From: Patescibacteria group bacterium
Lineage (GTDB): Bacteria > Patescibacteriota > Minisyncoccia > Phycocordibacterales > SIBU01
Direction: 5' to 3'
Length of the DNA: 64,000 nt
NCBI GenBank assembly: GCA_040390045.1
Contig: JAZJZC010000001.1
Location: 108,005-172,004, forward strand
Made by a program: the position numbers and the translations under genes. Shown here piece by piece: positions 1 to 8,485 of this stretch (positions are counted from its first letter, which is position 1; the number at the start of each line of letters is the position of its first letter). The notes beneath the pieces are model-generated. The model was not told the origin of the DNA, ran no database searches, and was given only the letters and a program-made list of their open reading frames with translations.

Positions 1-7
1 CGGGCTA

Positions 8-1123
8 ATGCAGCTCGGTACCTTGGTGTTCTTGTTCCCCTTAGCTCTGACTATTTTAGGGGTCACAACAGGCTGGAGCAGTTTCACTGCGTGGGGAGGA
101 GTTTGGTGCTTAACCTTTTCACTCCTTTTGATCGTTTGGGCAACCCCCATTGCAATCGCAGCTGACGCCATCCTGAGAATCAGGTGGATGAAGATCAGCT
201 GGTACGCCGAGCTTGGACGAGGGTTGCTTCTTTCGGAGGCACTCACGTTTTCAATTCTCACACTTGTTCCAATCAGAAACGCCTGGGGTGTCTTCCCCTT
301 CTGCTTACTCTGCGTTATAGGAATAATCTTGATGTCGTACCATTGGAAAATGGGGATGTCATGGTTTAAACCGATGATGTGGTACGGCACGATTGGGGCG
401 GTGATTGTCTGTTTGGGGATGTTCTTCTGGCCAGCATTGGTTAGCGGAATAAAGTGGATGCACAGTGACTGGAACACCTTCGAGGTGGTAAAGGGTTACC
501 ACTGGTTGTCGCCGCACGTCAGACCTCAAATCTGGCGGGCCGACGGCAACATGAGGACTCGAGCCATCATCGGCCTAATCCTCATCCTGGCATGGGTCGC
601 TGTTGGTAGCATCGCCCTACTCGTTACCTGGGTCTTCGGCCGAAAAGCTGGAGCTCCAGGGGCAAGTCACGCGGCTTCACCAGCGTCATCACATGGCTCA
701 GGTCATGGAGGTGGTGGAAGTGGTGGCCTGTCGTGGAAGGCGATATTTGGGGTAGTGGTCGTGATCGGGATCATCATTGCGATCTTAGAGCACGCGGACC
801 ATCCCAATAATCCCTATCCCTTCTTCGGAGGACCGGGAAGTGGGCGAATGTTCGCCACAACCAATCCCCCAAGAACAACCACGGGGCATGCGGTTGGAGC
901 GGCAGAAATCGCCGTCCCAATTCCCGACAACTACGACTTCGACGTCGTGGTCAGGGAGGTGGGAAAACCCATCTGGATCCGTCCGGAGGGTTCCACCAAC
1001 AAGTTCCGACTCCAAAGGGGAGAGTACCTCCCCCACTTCAACCTCTATGGGAACCACTTGTTCCTGTCGACGGTTGATCCGAGTCAAACTGTCGCGGTCG
1101 ACGTCAGCGTCTGGCCAAGATAG
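8..1123 (+). CDS. Hypothetical polytopic membrane protein with a Gly/Ser/His-rich linker and a C-terminal soluble domain. The frame is open to the window start, so it may be 5'-partial.
   Basis: Long ORF with many hydrophobic segments and a GGGGSGG linker. It is GC-rich (about 55%) compared with the flanks. No stop lies between position 2 and the ATG at 8. Confidence 0.45.
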   Translation: MQLGTLVFLFPLALTILGVTTGWSSFTAWGGVWCLTFSLLLIVWATPIAIAADAILRIRWMKISWYAELGRGLLLSEALTFSILTLVPIRNAWGVFPFCLLCVIGIILMSYHWKMGMSWFKPMMWYGTIGAVIVCLGMFFWPALVSGIKWMHSDWNTFEVVKGYHWLSPHVRPQIWRADGNMRTRAIIGLILILAWVAVGSIALLVTWVFGRKAGAPGASHAASPASSHGSGHGGGGSGGLSWKAIFGVVVVIGIIIAILEHADHPNNPYPFFGGPGSGRMFATTNPPRTTTGHAVGAAEIAVPIPDNYDFDVVVREVGKPIWIRPEGSTNKFRLQRGEYLPHFNLYGNHLFLSTVDPSQTVAVDVSVWPR

Positions 1124-1133
1124 TAAAATCACA

Positions 1134-1176
1134 AGCGAGGAAGAGATTATATCTCCCCTCGCTTTTTCTTTTTTTT
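1134..1176 (+). terminator. Rho-independent terminator after the 8..1123 ORF.
   Basis: Stem agcgagg/cctcgct with a 16-nt loop, followed by a T-run (ctttttcttttttt). Confidence 0.4.
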
Positions 1177-1260
1177 AATTTTCGAGCTACATGTTTTCAA
1201 TCTTCATTCACCCCACTCGTCCCGCCTCTCTGTGTGTATGTACACCGTTTCTTCTTCCGT

Positions 1261-1301
1261 ATACATTAAGGAGTCACGGCCGTGACTCCTTAATGTAGGT
1301 G
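1261..1301. repeat. Palindromic element R1 (TACATT-N-CACGGCCGTG-N-AATGTAGGTG).
   Basis: Perfect 32-bp palindrome cattaaggagtcacggccgtgactccttaatg. The ends and centre are conserved with R2 and R3. Confidence 0.7.
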
Positions 1302-1367
1302 CTCAAATCAGAGAATAATTTTTTGAAACTTAATTAGAAATAGATTTAGAAGAAACAGAAAAGAAGA

Positions 1368-1943
1368 TTACTTCAAACCAAAATTTTTACGAATTTCTGT
1401 ATCATTCTCTATTGAATCTACGATCATGTACAACACTGCCTTCCCTATCTTAAAATCCGCCTTGAGCATGGTTATAAAATCTTCGCAATCGTAGGGGTAC
1501 ACCCAAACGCTTTGTTGAAGCTTAATGAATCCGATATTTGATAAAGTTTTTCTTAAAAGATCGCGCGTCTTTCTGTTACCTTCTCGTATATCAAAAATCA
1601 CTACGCGCCATTTCTTGTCCCAACGTTTTGGTTTCATGATCCTAAAATTATGCAGTTCAAAGTGACGAAGAATACTTTGACCTTTAGGAGAGAGCTTTAG
1701 AAAGCCGTGAGCGTCATAGAACAACAGACCTTTCTCCACGAGACGCTTCCGTGAGTTATGAATTATTTCAAGCTGTCTTGCACTTTTAATTATCCCTAAC
1801 TTCTTGAGTGACTGGAGAACATTTGGTGCCAAGAGAGCAATCGCGAGTATCCCCGCAGAAGCAACTGTCTGCAAAATAATTTCCTGCAATTGATGTTTAC
1901 GCGCTCGCTTTCTCGATTCAACTTCCATGTTTCCCATATACAT
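1368..1943 (-). CDS. PaaX-family-like transcriptional regulator (N-terminal wHTH, C-terminal PaaX_C-like domain).
   Basis: The C-terminal segment WDKKWRVVIFDIREGNRKTRDLLRKTLSNIGFIKLQQSVWVYPYD matches the PaaX C-terminal pattern (W-G-W-x-VvfdiPE...R..LR..L...GFg.L..svWv.P) as I recall it. The N-terminal region resembles a wHTH. The annotated start overlaps repeat R2, so the true start may be Met3 or Met6. Confidence 0.5.
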   Translation of the reverse strand: MYMGNMEVESRKRARKHQLQEIILQTVASAGILAIALLAPNVLQSLKKLGIIKSARQLEIIHNSRKRLVEKGLLFYDAHGFLKLSPKGQSILRHFELHNFRIMKPKRWDKKWRVVIFDIREGNRKTRDLLRKTLSNIGFIKLQQSVWVYPYDCEDFITMLKADFKIGKAVLYMIVDSIENDTEIRKNFGLK

Positions 1944-1978
1944 TGATTATACACGGCCGTGTGCAATCAATGTAGTGG
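1938..1978. repeat. Palindromic element R2.
   Basis: atacattgattatacacggccgtgtgcaatcaatgtagtgg. It keeps the TACATT and AATGTAG ends and the ACGGCCGT core, and its arms are partly complementary. Confidence 0.65.
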
Positions 1979-2148
1979 AAAACTAGAGACTTTACGACAC
2001 TTCCGCTCACCCATTCCTACAAAAACCCGAATCTCTTACCTTCTGCTCGGTCTGCCGTTAATAAACAGACGCAACCTTGTTTTATTTCTATTACAGATGA
2101 CACTTACCATAGCTCTCAGATACCATGAAATAGTCGGTAATTAGCGAA

Positions 2149-2190
2149 CTACATTGATCACACACGGCCGTTGCTCATCGATGTAGGTGG
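2149..2190. repeat. Palindromic element R3.
   Basis: ctacattgatcacacacggccgttgctcatcgatgtaggtgg. The ends and core match R1 and R2. Confidence 0.6.
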
Positions 2191-2409
2191 AAGTTTTAAA
2201 GGTTTAATGATCATGAAGTCTAAGGATTTGATAATTTAAAATTTTGGAATTTAAAAGTTGAAGGATTTTTAATGTAGAGATTCTTGAAAAGGAAGGTGAA
2301 AAAGGATACGAGAAAGATTTAGTATTTAATCGATTGATACACTTTGATTAAACCAAAAGAAAAACCTCTAAACACTTAGTGTCTAGAGGTTTTTCTGAGA
2401 TAAGACCGA

Positions 2410-3948
2410 TTAGAAGATGCTCAGTAACTTTGATCCGAAGCTAACCATTTTCTGGCTCAAGGTTACAGTGGCGGCAGCCTTTACAACTGGCTTAGCTTGA
2501 GATGCCTTGAGAGCCTTGCCTCCCCCTCCAGTCTGAGGCAAGCCAGGATAAGTCTGAACAGGAGCTTGAACCGTCGGAGTAATTATTGGCGCTGGTACAG
2601 AATAGCTCGGTGAGCTCAACGAAGGAAGTACAATTGTGGGTGATGCTTGATATGTTGGACCAGCGAGCGATCGGCCAACGAACGTTGGACTAGAATCATA
2701 GGTTGGAGAACTTAGGGTATTCCCCGCTGTACCTTCTGTTGCGGCGTAGGTTGGTGAGCTCAAATTTGAACCAGCGTTACTTCCACTTGTATCATAATTT
2801 GGAGAACTTAATGAAGCACCGTTAATACCAGCTGCGGCAACATAACTTGGTGAACTTAAGGTAGCACCGTTATTACTTGCCGTAGTGTATGTGGCAGAGG
2901 ACAAGCTTCCACCATTAGAATTTTCATTTGTAGTATATGTTGCGGAACTCAAAGTGCCGCCGACAGTTGCTGTCGCAATATAGGTTGCGCCAGACAAAGT
3001 GGCGCCGTTGTTGTTTGATGCACTGTAGGTTGGGGAAGAGAGGTTGTTACCGTTAGTACTTGCAGAAGTTGTATAGGTTGCTCCAGAAAGAGTCTGACCA
3101 GAATTGCCTGGGTTGGCAACGTATGTAGCAGAGCTCAAAGTAACCCCGTTAGGGTTATTAGTCGAAGTGTAGGTCGGTGAGGAAAGATTTGTACCATTTA
3201 CGTTTGAATTTGCAACGTAGGTAGCCGAACTCAAGTTGGTACCGTTGACATTGCCTGTCGCGGTATACGTAGGAGAAGCTAAGTTGTTACCAGAGTTACT
3301 TCCTGAAGTTGTGTATGATGGAGAACTAAGGTTGGTACCGGTATTACTTCCTGAAGTACTGTAGGTCGGAGAAGCAAGATTGCTCCCAGAATTATTTCCA
3401 TTAGCAGTATAGGTAGCCGAACTCAAGGTTGTGCCGGTGGTGTTGTTTGTCGAGGTGTAGTTTGGTGAAGATAAATTAGTTCCGGAGTTACTTGAGTTAG
3501 AAACATACGTAGCTGAACTTAGAGTAGGGCCGGCAGGATTATTTGTTGCGTAGTAATTTGGTGAAGATAAGTTTGAACCGCTATTATTGGCCGATGTTGC
3601 ATACACAGGAGAAGTCAAAATATTTCCACCACTAGTTACTGTTGTTACGTACGTAACTGAAGATACAGTAGAACCATTCACGTTATTTGTAGCTGTATAG
3701 TTGGGAGAAGCTAAATTCTTACCAGTATTGTAAGAAGTTGTTGTATACCCTGGTGAAGCAAGACTGCCACCACCAGTATTGGTGTTCGCGACATAATTTG
3801 CAGCGGAACGTGAAGCGCCAGAAATATTGCTATTAGCAACATAACTTGGAGCGCTTAAAGAAGCACAGGCGCAATCAGCCTTACTTACTGCTGGTAAGAA
3901 AGCTATAAAAAGTATTGAAAAACCGATATTTATAAGGTTATTTTTCAT
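2410..3948 (-). CDS. Secreted tandem-repeat surface protein (about 27 repeats of a 16-aa unit G-x-N-L-S-S-P-T-Y-T-x-T-x-N-x-x) with a C-terminal LPQTG-like motif.
   Basis: N-terminal signal peptide MKNNLINIGFSILFIAFLPAVSKA. The 48-bp DNA tandem repeats are visible across about 2650-3800. The C-terminus reads YPGLPQTGGGGK, followed by a weakly hydrophobic basic tail. Confidence 0.6.
   Translation of the reverse strand: MKNNLINIGFSILFIAFLPAVSKADCACASLSAPSYVANSNISGASRSAANYVANTNTGGGSLASPGYTTTSYNTGKNLASPNYTATNNVNGSTVSSVTYVTTVTSGGNILTSPVYATSANNSGSNLSSPNYYATNNPAGPTLSSATYVSNSSNSGTNLSSPNYTSTNNTTGTTLSSATYTANGNNSGSNLASPTYSTSGSNTGTNLSSPSYTTSGSNSGNNLASPTYTATGNVNGTNLSSATYVANSNVNGTNLSSPTYTSTNNPNGVTLSSATYVANPGNSGQTLSGATYTTSASTNGNNLSSPTYSASNNNGATLSGATYIATATVGGTLSSATYTTNENSNGGSLSSATYTTASNNGATLSSPSYVAAAGINGASLSSPNYDTSGSNAGSNLSSPTYAATEGTAGNTLSSPTYDSSPTFVGRSLAGPTYQASPTIVLPSLSSPSYSVPAPIITPTVQAPVQTYPGLPQTGGGGKALKASQAKPVVKAAATVTLSQKMVSFGSKLLSIF
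2650..3800. repeat. In-frame 48-bp tandem repeats inside the surface-protein gene.
   Basis: The protein shows reiterated NLSSPTYT / TLSSATYV units throughout, and the nucleotide repeats can be seen directly. Confidence 0.6.
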
Positions 3949-4128
3949 AATTTTGTTGATTACTTTGGCGTGGAAAGTGAGGTTTTAGGCTCAATTTTTC
4001 ACCCCTGAATCATAACAAACATTATAAATAAAGTCAAGGGGTATACTTGACATATCGAAACCGTGTGATAAACTGCGGTGAGCGTTCGGTTGGGCTAATT
4101 CCCTACTGAACATGACGGTTCAACGCAG

Positions 4129-4929
4129 TTGCACATTACACATATCTCTATGAAAAATCTGATCCTGAAGCTGGCGTTCAGCTTCCTCGCCCTCACCGCA
4201 ACCTTCACCAGCGTCCATGCGGGCTTCCGAGCTCCAGTCTGGAATGACCGATGCTACACCTGTCACGGCGGCACGCCAAGCATCTGGCCCGGAGCGCCGG
4301 GGAGTGGTTGTGGAGGCCTCGCGTACGCGATCGCCTGCGGGTTCGTCAAACCCGTCACAGCGCCTCCGGCATGCTCTAACTGCGCCGTGGTTACGGTCTG
4401 CGATCCCCCACTATCGGCACCGGTCTATTCGCCGGCTGGAGGACCGGATTGCGCCCCATCGTTATCGGCGCCAGTCTATTCACCGGCAGGTGGAGTAATC
4501 TGTTACCCCTCGTTGTCGGCTCCGGTCTACAGCGCACAGACAAATGTCTGCTGTGGCGAGCCACTGTCCTCGCCGACATACACTGCGGATACAAACACCT
4601 GCTGTGGAGGGTCATTATCAGCACCGGTGTACACCGCCAACGTGGTTCCGTGCGCGGTGGTTGTGACTCCCCCGCCACCTCAAGCCAAGCGGCCGGTTTT
4701 GGGCCTAGTATTTGACTACACCGGTCAATACATCCAGGTCAAGATCTCCTTGAAAAACGGAGACCCGAATGCGAAGTATTCGCTCGAGGCGGCGGCGGTC
4801 ACTGGAGGACAATGGGGAGTGGTTCCCGGCCAGAAAATATCGGCCAACGGAAATGGGGTCGGAGAGGTGAAGTTCCTCTACAACTCCACCTTTCCCTTCG
4901 CTCTCTTCAGGGCGAGATTGGATCAGTGA
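4129..4929 (+). CDS. Secreted Cys-rich repeat protein (3x PSLSAPVYSPAGG; CC pairs; one CYTCH motif).
   Basis: Signal peptide MKNLILKLAFSFLALTATFTSVHA. The repeated S-L-S-A-P-V-Y motifs resemble the LSSPTY units of the divergent neighbour gene. GC-rich (about 60%). Confidence 0.5.
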   Translation: MHITHISMKNLILKLAFSFLALTATFTSVHAGFRAPVWNDRCYTCHGGTPSIWPGAPGSGCGGLAYAIACGFVKPVTAPPACSNCAVVTVCDPPLSAPVYSPAGGPDCAPSLSAPVYSPAGGVICYPSLSAPVYSAQTNVCCGEPLSSPTYTADTNTCCGGSLSAPVYTANVVPCAVVVTPPPPQAKRPVLGLVFDYTGQYIQVKISLKNGDPNAKYSLEAAAVTGGQWGVVPGQKISANGNGVGEVKFLYNSTFPFALFRARLDQ

Positions 4930-4949
4930 GGTCAGTGAAGATTTAATTA

Positions 4950-4992
4950 CCCGAGGTTTGAGACACCACAATGTCTCGAACCTCGGTTTTTT
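4950..4992 (+). terminator. Rho-independent terminator.
   Basis: cccgaggtttgagaca...tgtctcgaacctcgg followed by tttttt. Confidence 0.55.
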
Positions 4993-5010
4993 CTTTGTAA
5001 AATTAATGCA

Positions 5011-5045
5011 GAAAACACCGCCGCGCAAAGCGCGGCGGTGTTTTC
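5011..5045. terminator. Bidirectional terminator hairpin.
   Basis: aaaacaccgccgcgcaaagcgcggcggtgtttt. It is A/T-flanked on both sides and lies between convergent genes. Confidence 0.55.
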
Positions 5046-5052
5046 ACTACAC

Positions 5053-5301
5053 TTACAAAATATTAACCGTGCCCAGAATTATCTCTTTGAGCGCGTAGGC
5101 GGAAATCATAACAACCATTCCCACCACGCCCCAGATCATCTGACGAGTGCCAGTTGATCGAGCTTCGGCGTCATCGGCGGCGCCAACAAAGTTTTGGACC
5201 CCCCAAATAAAGACAAGTGTGGCCAGAGCAAACATCAACAAAATCAGCGGCTTCAGAATGAAGTCGCTGATTTTGTTTACTAATTCATTAACAGCAGTCA
5301 T
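5053..5301 (-). CDS. Pilin-like two-helix hairpin protein (TrbC/VirB2-like), core domain only.
   Basis: TM1-IWGVQNFVGAADDAEARSTGTRQMIWGVVGMVVM-TM2 topology. It shares the [IY]-x-G-x-F-x(3)-AG-[DG]-E-E-x(4)-AK-x(3)-I-W-G motif with the six upstream paralogs. Confidence 0.5.
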   Translation of the reverse strand: MTAVNELVNKISDFILKPLILLMFALATLVFIWGVQNFVGAADDAEARSTGTRQMIWGVVGMVVMISAYALKEIILGTVNIL

Positions 5302-5344
5302 AGATAATATAATTTCTGCGTATAATAAATTATTTCAAACTAGA

Positions 5345-5761
5345 TTAAACGCAAGGTGGAATAGTACAGGTAATTGTTGGCAAACCGTTCTGCGTTGCTG
5401 CTCTGTTTACTGTTGTCTGTCCAGCATTACTTAGTCCAAAAGTATTGATGAGGATTCCAACAAGACCCCAAACAGAGGCCATGAGGAAAATACCGATGAT
5501 TCCCCAAATAATAAAGCCCTTAGCGCTAGCTCGAGCCTCTTCATCTCCAGCTGAACTGATGAATCCGAAAATACCGTAGATAACAACGAAAACAGCAAGA
5601 CCGAACAAGAACGGAATAATGGTGTTAATAACAAGGGTCAGTCTCTGCAAAAAAGTAGTTAAACTAGTTACAGGGGCAGAAACTTGGGGAGCAGCTGCTG
5701 CTTGCGCGAACGCAAGAACCGGAAGAAGAAACGATGCTGAAGCGACGAGAAACTTTTTCAT
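5345..5761 (-). CDS. Pilin-like hairpin protein, paralog 6. It has a signal peptide, a variable region and a conserved hairpin.
   Basis: The C-terminal domain reads VIYGIFGFISSAGDEEARASAKGFIIWGIIGIFLMASVWGL. The C-terminal tail has a Cys pair (TCTIPPC). Confidence 0.5.
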   Translation of the reverse strand: MKKFLVASASFLLPVLAFAQAAAAPQVSAPVTSLTTFLQRLTLVINTIIPFLFGLAVFVVIYGIFGFISSAGDEEARASAKGFIIWGIIGIFLMASVWGLVGILINTFGLSNAGQTTVNRAATQNGLPTITCTIPPCV

Positions 5762-6125
5762 TATATTTTAATTGATTAATTGAAAACTAATAATTTGTAT
5801 TGATACCGAGCGACCTTTATTATTTTTTATGAATGGTTACATTATATATTGTCCATTACAGATAACAAGTGGGGTGTGGATAGTGGCGCTCGGATTGTTC
5901 TTTTCGCTAAAGCGCTTCGTAATCCTCGAAAATCAAGTCGGTGGTCTTTACGTAAAACAAAAAACTCGCTCGAGGACTCGCTCAAACAATTTCATTTTCC
6001 TAACCATCTCGTGATTTTTTACGGCTACTACGCTAACCCGCTCAAAGAACTATCCTCACTTGGATACCGAGATAGGAATCTCGGTAGGAAAACAGGGCTG
6101 GAAATTCAAATAGAGACTAATTCAG

Positions 6126-6998
6126 CTACTTGCAACCAGCTGGTGTAGGAATGGCTAAACAACGAAATATCTGAGTAGTGCCTTGAGGTGTGTTGTCAAA
6201 ATTAAAGGTTTTAACCAAAATATTAATCATGCCCCAAATGGAGAGCATGAGAAATATGAAGATAACACCCCAAATTATAAAATTCCTCGCATCGGCTCGT
6301 TTTTCCTCATTTTGAGCTTCTCGAATATAATTGAAAATACCAAGAATGACAACAAAGACAGCAATACCAATAAGAAATCCAACAATGTTGGGGCCGATGA
6401 TATTGAGCCTTGCGATGAGTTCAACAATGGTTTTTGGCGGTGTGGTCGGCAAAGGAGTATTGTTGGGATATACAGCCGTCACAATACCGTTTGACCTGTC
6501 GAGGTTGAAAGTATTGTAGAGAATGTTTATAAGACCCCAGACTGAGAGCATGCAAAAAATACCAACAATCCCCCACACAATAAAATCTCGGGCTTCTTTA
6601 CGTTTTTCTTCGTCAGCCGCCTGAGAAACATAACCGAAAATGCCGTAAATAATCAAAAATACAGCGAGACCGATCAAAAACGGTATGAAAAGGTTTATGA
6701 TACCGATGAATCTATTGAGGAGAAGGTCGATGGTATTGATAGTGCCAGTCTGCAACGCTCCGGTGACAGCGCTATACCGACTATAGCCAGCTGGGCAATT
6801 CCCGTTAGCACTAGGCTGACTACTAGAGCCATCAGCAGAAACACAAATATCGGCCGCAAAAGCTGGACTGACATTCACAAAAAAACTAAGGAGCAAGGGG
6901 AAAATCAGGAGTCCCAAAAGCACCTGTGACAGTCGTAATTTTAATAATGTAATTTTCATGAGAATAATTCTGTAATCAAAAATTTCATTGAGCACCAA
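6126..6998 (-). CDS. Pilin-like protein with two tandem hairpin domains (internal duplication).
   Basis: Two copies of ...IYGIFGYVSQAADEEKRKEARDFIVWGIVGIF... and ...ILGIFNYIREAQNEEKRADARNFIIWGVIFIF... within one ORF. There are Cys pairs near both termini. Confidence 0.5.
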   Translation of the reverse strand: MVLNEIFDYRIILMKITLLKLRLSQVLLGLLIFPLLLSFFVNVSPAFAADICVSADGSSSQPSANGNCPAGYSRYSAVTGALQTGTINTIDLLLNRFIGIINLFIPFLIGLAVFLIIYGIFGYVSQAADEEKRKEARDFIVWGIVGIFCMLSVWGLINILYNTFNLDRSNGIVTAVYPNNTPLPTTPPKTIVELIARLNIIGPNIVGFLIGIAVFVVILGIFNYIREAQNEEKRADARNFIIWGVIFIFLMLSIWGMINILVKTFNFDNTPQGTTQIFRCLAIPTPAGCK

Positions 6999-7524
6999 CC
7001 AAAGGAATCACAGGGTAACGGGAATGAACGGTCGTATTTGTGTTATCGATCCCTAAGGTGTTGTACAAAATATTTACGAGCCCCCAAACAGAGAGCATGA
7101 GAACGACACCAATAACGCCCCACATGATAAAGTCACGAGCTTGCTTGCGAGCTTCTTCGTCCGCGGCTTGAGAAATGTAAGTGAAAATGCCATAAATAAT
7201 GACGAAGACTCCTAGACCGACGAGGAATGGGATGAGAAGGTTTATGACACCAATAGCTCGGTTTAGAAGACCAGCGATACTGGTGATGGCTCCGCCCCCA
7301 CCACCCGAACAATTTCCGAGCGCTGCATAAGCTTGGTTTAGAGCTGTGCCATTATTACCTTCCCTAGTCATATTGTGAGAACTCAACCATGCATTAACTT
7401 GATCATCAGTACATGAAGCAAAAACTGGACTAACACTTATTGAAAAACTTGAAACTAGAAGCAAACTAAAAACACTTAAAAGAAAGACTCTAGTAAATTT
7501 TGATTTTAATGATAGTTTTTTCAT
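6985..7524 (-). CDS. Pilin-like hairpin protein, paralog 4.
   Basis: Start taken at the ATG giving MKKLSLKS (signal peptide). The track's longer ORF uses a GTG inside an intergenic repeat. The domain reads IIYGIFTYISQAADEEARKQARDFIMWGVIGVVLM. Confidence 0.5.
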   Translation of the reverse strand: MKKLSLKSKFTRVFLLSVFSLLLVSSFSISVSPVFASCTDDQVNAWLSSHNMTREGNNGTALNQAYAALGNCSGGGGGAITSIAGLLNRAIGVINLLIPFLVGLGVFVIIYGIFTYISQAADEEARKQARDFIMWGVIGVVLMLSVWGLVNILYNTLGIDNTNTTVHSRYPVIPLVGAQ

Positions 7525-7540
7525 GGGGTAATTATATAAT

Positions 7541-7636
7541 GAATTCATGGAACATGGAACACAAATCACAGAACACTGGGGGATAAAATTAATCTCTTTT
7601 TTATGATCCGTGTTCCATGTTTTGTGTTCTGTGACC
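7541..7636. repeat. Intergenic heptad-repeat inverted-arm element (CAYGGAA type).
   Basis: Left arm CATGGAA CATGGAA CACAAAT CACAGAA CAC at 7546-7576. Core tgggggataaaattaatctcttttttatg. Right arm cgtgttccatgttttgtgttctgtga at 7609-7634, inverted. Confidence 0.65.
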
Positions 7637-7989
7637 TAAAAGGTGTCCACTCCCAAATAGGTATTGGCCAAAAGTCTGGCTAGACCCCAGAAAGAGAAAA
7701 TAATAAACATCCCCAGAAGACCGTAAATAATGAGTTGTTTGGCTTTACCCAAACGTTCTTCGTCTCCACCTGCCCCGCTGTATTTTAAAATTCCGGTGAG
7801 CAATCCGAAAAAACCGAGACCGGCAACAAACATTGTAACGTCGCCTAAGATGTTTATAAAATTTAGAACAAATTCAGAAAAATTTCTAGACGGGGTCGCT
7901 GGCGTCGCGGCAACTGCGAGAAAAGGAAAGGTAGAAGACGAAATTATTATAGCCAAAGTTTTCGTATGTTTTCGTATTTTCGTAATCAT
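7636..7989 (-). CDS. Pilin-like hairpin protein, paralog 3.
   Basis: LKYSGAGGDEERLGKAKQLIIYGLLGMFIIFSFWGL. The N-terminal codons MITKIRKHTKT are encoded by TACGAAAAT repeats. Confidence 0.45.
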   Translation of the reverse strand: MITKIRKHTKTLAIIISSSTFPFLAVAATPATPSRNFSEFVLNFINILGDVTMFVAGLGFFGLLTGILKYSGAGGDEERLGKAKQLIIYGLLGMFIIFSFWGLARLLANTYLGVDTF

Positions 7990-8009
7990 TTAGTATGTTC
8001 GTATTACCG
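7958..8009. repeat. TACGAAAAT-family short dispersed repeat cluster.
   Basis: gttttcgtatgttttcgtattttcgtaatcatttagtatgttcgtatta. Confidence 0.55.
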
Positions 8010-8459
8010 TGTTGGACACGTGAGTCCTGCAGTACCGAGTTGTTGGATGGTGCCACAAATAATAGTGGAAATAACTTTAGCACCGAGTAGAACAGCGACA
8101 CCGATCACGGTCCACAAAAGTGCATTCTTGGCTTTACTTAATTTTTCTTCACTGCCTCCAGCCATAACCATCAGAAATCCAGCATAAATGAGAAAGAAAA
8201 TAGAGAGTAGAGCGGCAATCGGAAAAAGGGTATCGAGAAGTAATTTGATGAAAGCCTCGATAGAGTTAACGCTTCCAAGAGGATTGGTTATAATCGGGGC
8301 AATTTGTGATCCAGATCCACCTCCCGTGATCTGCGAGCCCTGAGCCAGAGCCGTAGTGGCTGAAAGCATTGCATATGTAACTCCTGTCAAAAACGCTAGA
8401 AAAATTTTAAATTTTTTAAATATCATTGAATATATTTGATTACTATTTTGGAGCTTCAT
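8004..8459 (-). CDS. Pilin-like hairpin protein, paralog 2.
   Basis: FFLIYAGFLMVMAGGSEEKLSKAKNALLWTVIGVAVLLGA. C-terminal Cys pair ICGTIQQLGTAGLTC. Confidence 0.5.
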   Translation of the reverse strand: MKLQNSNQIYSMIFKKFKIFLAFLTGVTYAMLSATTALAQGSQITGGGSGSQIAPIITNPLGSVNSIEAFIKLLLDTLFPIAALLSIFFLIYAGFLMVMAGGSEEKLSKAKNALLWTVIGVAVLLGAKVISTIICGTIQQLGTAGLTCPTR

Positions 8460-8485
8460 TAAAATGAATACGATTTGGAAAAATT

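Noticed and set aside
184-1178. Antisense or alternative-frame ORFs inside the 8..1123 gene (184..369, 785..1132, 840..1178).
   Set aside because: They lie entirely within a longer, better-supported ORF in a GC-rich region, where spurious ORFs are expected.
1959-2144. 61-aa ORF between palindromic elements R2 and R3.
   Set aside because: It starts inside R2 and ends inside R3. The composition looks noncoding and nothing supports it.
2410-3948. Calling the repeat protein a sortase substrate outright.
   Set aside because: LPQTG is present, but the downstream segment is only weakly hydrophobic and no sortase is visible in the window. Kept as a hypothesis only.
4129-4929. The CYTCH sequence in the Cys-rich secreted protein as a c-type cytochrome haem site.
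   Set aside because: There is a single CXXCH in a protein full of Cys, with no other cytochrome features. Coincidence is likely.
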